Shown piece after piece: positions 59,373-64,000 of a stretch of 64,000 nucleotides of DNA. Origin of the DNA: an uncultured Clostridia bacterium (GTDB taxonomy: Bacteria > Bacillota > Clostridia > TANB77 > CAG-508); contig CAKOSX010000005.1 of the NCBI GenBank assembly GCA_934119935.1, positions 4,933 through 68,932 of the forward strand, given 5' to 3'. The position numbers and the translations under genes were made by a program. The notes under the pieces are model-generated. The model searched no databases. It was not told the origin of the DNA and worked only from the letters and a program-made list of their open reading frames with translations. Position 1 is the first letter of the stretch. Every line of letters starts with the position of its first letter.

Positions 59373-59567
59373 AAACACCACCTCACTTTCCCATAGTATA
59401 TACTATGAAGTAAAGTGGCAACACACTTGCTTATCTCATTTCCTATATCAATTACTATACTATATATATTAATAAAAAACAAGCGAACACTAAAAATATA
59501 TGCATATTTTTTTATGTTAGATAAAATAAAAAAATTAAAGTTATATAAAACTCTAATTTTTTCATTC

Positions 59568-59643
59568 TGGAGCTAACAACCGGAATTGAACCGGTGACCT
59601 CAGCCTTACCAAGGCTGCGCTCTACCTACTGAGCTATGATAGC
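59568..59643 (-). tRNA. trnT: tRNA-Thr (anticodon GGU), encoded CCA end
   Basis: Manual cloverleaf: anticodon arm CAGCC-TTGGTAA-GGCTG, T-arm CCGGTTCAATTCCGG. One T-T mismatch in the acceptor stem. Confidence 0.85.
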
Positions 59644-59674
59644 ATGTATTGCTTCTGTTTTTCATCAGAAGCTT

Positions 59675-60307
59675 TTATATATTACTTTCTGCTTGTATAT
59701 TTTTTGCAGTTTTCTTTCTAATTCTTTGTATTGCATTGTCCACAGATTTTACTGGAGCATCTAATCTTTCTGCAATTTTTACATAAGATTCTCCTTGTAC
59801 ATATCTATTAAGTACTTTCTTTTCAAAATCACTTAATGATGAGTCTATCACATTTTCTACACTTAAGAAATATTCTTTTTTTGTAATTGTATCTAGTGGA
59901 TCTTCTATTACTGTGTTTTCAAGCACGTCCACTATTTGTGTATCATTGTTCCCATCTTCGTTTTCAAAAGCTGTCATATTCAATGATAAATATGAATTTA
60001 GTGGCATATGTTTTTGTCTATTAGAGGATTTTATTGCTGTTATTAGCTGTCTTTCTATACATAAATTTGCAAATGATTTAAATGAATTCTGCTTGTCCGG
60101 TTTGTAATCTTTAATCGCTTTATATAACCCTATCAAACCTTCTTGTACTATATCTTCTTTTTCGGCACCAATTATAAAATATTTATTCACTTTTGAATTT
60201 ACTAGGTCTTTATATTTGCATATTAAAAAATCTAGTGCATCTGTATCTTTTTTATTTATCAATTCCAGTAGTTCATCATCAGACATATTATTATAATTGT
60301 TGTTCAT
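59675..60307 (-). CDS. sigH: RNA polymerase sporulation sigma factor H
   Basis: SigH-type region 2 (EDIVQEGLIGLYKAIKDY..SFKSFANLCIERQ) and region 4. Confidence 0.88.
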   Translation of the reverse strand: MNNNYNNMSDDELLELINKKDTDALDFLICKYKDLVNSKVNKYFIIGAEKEDIVQEGLIGLYKAIKDYKPDKQNSFKSFANLCIERQLITAIKSSNRQKHMPLNSYLSLNMTAFENEDGNNDTQIVDVLENTVIEDPLDTITKKEYFLSVENVIDSSLSDFEKKVLNRYVQGESYVKIAERLDAPVKSVDNAIQRIRKKTAKNIQAESNI

Positions 60308-60479
60308 CTTTTAGCAAGTTCCTCCTAATAGTGCCTCATTGGTTTGTATTATATGCCAAAAAAGCTTGAAATGTCAATATTTTTTGCAAATTATTTTCAT
60401 TTTTTTAGTGGTTTTTTTATTGCTAAACCGTCTTTTTTGAGGTATAATCATTCTATTAAAATTTAAGGAGATTTTTGCA

Positions 60480-62270
60480 ATGGCTTTTGATGGTATTGTA
60501 ACTAAAGCAGTCGTTTCAGAATTGAATACTTGTCTTATTAATGGAAAGATAAATAAAATTTTTGAACCTAATAAAAACGAGATTTTATTGGGTATTTATT
60601 CTGGTGGAAAAAATTATTGTTTGAATATTTCTATAGATTCAGTAAACTATAGAATTAATTTAACTACCAGTTCTAAGCCTAACCCTCAAAATGTTTTGAA
60701 TTTTTGTATGGTTCTTAGAAAACATTTGACTGGTGGAACTATAAAAAAAATCTATTCTACTGGCTTGGAACGTATTGTTTTTATTGATGTTGATGTATAC
60801 AACGAGCTTAATGATTTAATTACAAAAACTCTTGTTGTTGAACTTATGGGAAAGCACAGCAATGTTATCCTACTAAATTCAGAGCATATAGTTATCGATA
60901 GCTTACGTCATCTAAATAAGTTTGATAATTCAAATAGAGACATCTTCCCTGGTTCGAAATATTTGAATATTGAAAGTGATAAAAAGGACTTTCTTGCAGT
61001 TAGAACTTTTGATGAATTTTATAGAGATGTCACAATAGATTGCGGAAATTTACCATCAACATTATCTAAAATTTACAATGGATTTGGAAAGAAAAATATA
61101 TCATATTTATTAGAAACATTGAATATTCCAACAGCTGTTTCTACTAATGATTTGAAAAAAGTTTACTCATATTTAAAAGATTTATTTGCAAGCATGCCTG
61201 ATAATGTTGTTTTAAAAGAATATGCCGCTGACAAGAAAGACTATTTTGCTTATAACTCTATAAATGACGGACTTTCTGTAAATTTCTTTTTAGATGATTT
61301 TTATACTTCAAAAGAACAAGCTGAGCAGTTTAAACAATATAGAGATACAGTATTAAAGCTTGTTTTAAATCATGTTGGAAAAATAAAAGAAAGAATTAGC
61401 ACAATAGATTCAAAAATTGCCGATTGCACAAATGCTGAAAAATACAGATTATATGGTGAGTTAATAACCTCTAACTTATACAGAATCCCAGATTATCCAC
61501 AGTCTGAAGTTACTTTGGAAAATTATTATGATAACAACAATTTAATTACTATACCTTTAGATGAGAAATTTAGTCCATCTAAAAACGCCAAGAATTTTTT
61601 CAAGAAATATAGAAAATTACAAAATACAATAGCTATTGTAGAAAAGCAAAAAGAATTGGCCGAAGCCGAACTATCATACTTGGATAGCATTGTATACGAA
61701 TTAGAAAATGTTTCCACAATTGAAGATATAGACAATATTTATTCTGAAATTTGTGATAATTTAATTTTTGGAAAAAATGCAAATACAGTAAATAATCATG
61801 TTTATAATAGCCACGATAAAATTGCTAATTCAAAGAATTCAAAATCTAATAAGCAGTCAAGCTCAAGCAATATGCCGGAGAAGCGTGATATTGATGGTTA
61901 CACTGTTTACATTGGAAAAAATAATAAACAAAATGATTATTTAACTTGCAGACTCGCACAAAATTCTGACATTTGGTTCCACACAAAAGATATACATGGA
62001 AGCCACGTTGTATTAAAAGTAGATAGTAACCCTAATGCCTCTCATGTAAACTCAGAAAATCCTGGTATATCTAATACATTCAGTGTTCCAGACGCCGTTT
62101 TATATAAATGTGCATCTGTTGCAGCATACTACAGCAAAGCCAGAATGTCTCAGAATGTGCCAGTTGACTATACCTTAATAAAATACGTAAAGAAACCTAA
62201 TGGTGCAAAACCAGGAATGGTAATATACACAAATAATAAAACCATATATGCAAATCCACAAAATATATAA
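60480..62270 (+). CDS. rqcH: ribosome quality control protein RqcH (NFACT / FbpA family)
   Basis: NFACT-N domain, coiled coil and NFACT-R motif (DIWFHTKDIHGSHVVLK). Confidence 0.9.
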   Translation: MAFDGIVTKAVVSELNTCLINGKINKIFEPNKNEILLGIYSGGKNYCLNISIDSVNYRINLTTSSKPNPQNVLNFCMVLRKHLTGGTIKKIYSTGLERIVFIDVDVYNELNDLITKTLVVELMGKHSNVILLNSEHIVIDSLRHLNKFDNSNRDIFPGSKYLNIESDKKDFLAVRTFDEFYRDVTIDCGNLPSTLSKIYNGFGKKNISYLLETLNIPTAVSTNDLKKVYSYLKDLFASMPDNVVLKEYAADKKDYFAYNSINDGLSVNFFLDDFYTSKEQAEQFKQYRDTVLKLVLNHVGKIKERISTIDSKIADCTNAEKYRLYGELITSNLYRIPDYPQSEVTLENYYDNNNLITIPLDEKFSPSKNAKNFFKKYRKLQNTIAIVEKQKELAEAELSYLDSIVYELENVSTIEDIDNIYSEICDNLIFGKNANTVNNHVYNSHDKIANSKNSKSNKQSSSSNMPEKRDIDGYTVYIGKNNKQNDYLTCRLAQNSDIWFHTKDIHGSHVVLKVDSNPNASHVNSENPGISNTFSVPDAVLYKCASVAAYYSKARMSQNVPVDYTLIKYVKKPNGAKPGMVIYTNNKTIYANPQNI

Positions 62271-62493
62271 TTGTACAAAGTGGGGACGGAGAAAAAAAAG
62301 TACATTTTCATAATAATCAAAAGAATCAACACTATGATATTTTTAAAACGAAACCGGCAGTGCGCCTTTGAGGGGTCCGATAGGAGCCCCGACCAAGCAC
62401 AACGCGTTGAGTCTTTATAAAATATCATGGTATTGATTTTATATACAGAACTTTCGTACATTTTTTTCTCCGTCCCCATTTTGTACAAATAAT
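62271..62493. repeat. composite nested palindromic element: family-A terminal inverted repeats enclosing family-B copy B5
   Basis: The A arm TTGTACAAAGTGGGGACGGAGAAAAAAAAGTACA has its inverse at 62455-62493. The B arms plus core lie at 62324-62438. The element starts on the base after the rqcH stop. Confidence 0.85.
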
Positions 62494-62494
62494 T

Positions 62495-63019
62495 TTATGC
62501 TGGCGGATTTATTATTGCCTGTATTTCTTCATCTTGTCTTAATTCTGGCACGATAAAGTCATAGGCTCTTTTATCCTGCTTTATCGCTTCTATTGCTATT
62601 GTTTTATCTGAACGCAAACGCTTGCTTGCATATTTAATAATTAGTCCTTTATTTTTTACCGCTTCAAGCACAACATCGTAATCGTCTCTCAATTCTTTGC
62701 TTACATAATATAAAATTTGACCATCTGTTTTGGCAGCTTTTAAAGCTAATTCCTTGTCTGCTTTTAGTTCATCTGATGCATAACAAAGAACCCAGCCTTT
62801 TTTCTCAACTGCTTGCATCAATATTTCTCTATCCGCTTTTAATCTTTTTGAGGCAAATTCCAATGCTCCACCATCTTTTGTAACGGCTTTCATTACTAGA
62901 TCTTTGTCGTCTTGAAACTCCGGATCTGCTGCATCCAATAAAAGTCCATCTTCTTCTATTGCTTTTTCCACATATTCTTTGTCATTGCTATGTTCTTTTA
63001 CATCGTCATAAGTGTACAT
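62495..63019 (-). CDS. DUF4116 repeat protein
   Basis: Repeated (D/E)KE(L/I).(L/M)KAV..(D/N)G..L.YAS..L(K/R).D units. Start set at MYTYDD, whose SD and ATG lie inside a family-A repeat. Confidence 0.7.
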   Translation of the reverse strand: MYTYDDVKEHSNDKEYVEKAIEEDGLLLDAADPEFQDDKDLVMKAVTKDGGALEFASKRLKADREILMQAVEKKGWVLCYASDELKADKELALKAAKTDGQILYYVSKELRDDYDVVLEAVKNKGLIIKYASKRLRSDKTIAIEAIKQDKRAYDFIVPELRQDEEIQAIINPPA

Positions 63020-63046
63020 TTTTTCCTCCGTCCCCAAAATGAACGC
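63013..63046. repeat. solo Family-A repeat providing the SD and start codon of the DUF4116 gene
   Basis: The minus strand reads GGGGACGGAGGAAAAAATGTACAC. Confidence 0.85.
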
Positions 63047-63074
63047 CAAGCCGATTGCCAATATGATCGTTCTT

Positions 63075-63317
63075 TTATATAGCGCTCGTTTTGTATTCTA
63101 TGTTTTCCATGTATGGATATATTTCTTTTAGTCTCTTATGTGTAATTATTGTTAAACGTGGTAATGGATTTTTTAGATTTTCTGTTAGTAACTGCTGTGT
63201 GTAGCAGTTTTCTGATGTTTTGAATAGCTGATATCTATTCCTTACATATGTGTAGAAAATTATATATCCATTATCCAATTCGTTTTCCATTCGTTCAAAT
63301 GAGTATTTGCCGTCCAT
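63075..63317 (-). CDS. hypothetical protein (80 aa)
   Basis: ORF only. No family recognised. Confidence 0.4.
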   Translation of the reverse strand: MDGKYSFERMENELDNGYIIFYTYVRNRYQLFKTSENCYTQQLLTENLKNPLPRLTIITHKRLKEIYPYMENIEYKTSAI

Positions 63318-63393
63318 AAGTTTGATTTTTTCCTTTCATTTATTTGTTACGCCAAGATTTAGAAAGAAATAAATTTTGACCCATCAAAATTGT

Positions 63394-64000
<607 letters not shown>

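Noticed and set aside
59170-59472. 100-aa plus-strand ORF over type I module 2, and the 69-aa ORF at 20706-20915 over module 1.
   Set aside because: They span promoters, terminator hairpins and the opposite-strand peptide gene. The small SD-preceded peptide ORFs and the convergent promoters explain these regions better.
57521-59500. A complete prophage at tRNA-Thr.
   Set aside because: Only a holin-endolysin pair and small ORFs are present. No capsid, tail, terminase, replication or integrase genes are seen, and no duplicated tRNA-Thr segment.
62168-62488. 106-aa minus-strand ORF (MYKMGTEKKMYESS...).
   Set aside because: It is assembled entirely from the family-A and family-B repeat sequences and overlaps the 3' end of rqcH. 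The GTEKK(L/M)Y string is just the translated repeat.

Overview
This is a 64 kb chromosomal window from a low-G+C, endospore-forming Firmicute (Clostridia-like). Most genes lie on the minus strand. Core content, in order: rny; an IS3-family insertion sequence; an MFS transporter; a sporulation block (spoIIQ-like M23 protein, spoIID, sigF-spoIIAB-spoIIAA); a ctpA-M23-M23-ftsX-ftsE division/hydrolase operon; split transketolase; efp, pepP and a prepilin peptidase; fhs; xseAB-nusB with an asp23/amaP operon; mutS2; fmt-def-priA; gmk/rpoZ/yicC; rsmE; the hrcA-grpE-dnaK-dnaJ operon with a CIRCE operator; ychF; sigH; rqcH; and the 3' end of ligA. RNA genes are tmRNA (ssrA), tRNA-Trp(CCA) and tRNA-Thr(GGU). 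The accessory and unusual content is as follows. (1) A ~4.6 kb island with no integrase sits at the ssrA 3' end, bounded by repeated copies of the tmRNA terminal core. It carries a translationally coupled gene pair: a 787-aa protein with a glycoside hydrolase family 10 (GH10)-like barrel plus a possible ADP-ribosyltransferase (ART)-like C-terminal domain, and a 151-aa partner. (2) Two paralogous type I toxin-antitoxin-like modules encode small hydrophobic peptides, each with a convergent antisense RNA driven by a near-consensus promoter. (3) Three families of palindromic intergenic repeats are present; families A and B nest into ~220-250 bp composite elements, and solo family-A copies invade gene ends (spoIID, fmt, a DUF4116 gene). 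(4) A gene of visibly higher G+C with a perfect consensus promoter lies between ssrA and tRNA-Trp. (5) An orphan holin-endolysin cassette lies near tRNA-Thr. (6) Two genes are interrupted by an in-frame TGA at positions expected to be Gly. (7) An 11-bp tandem array starts inside the last codons of ligA. No CRISPR array and no rRNA were seen.
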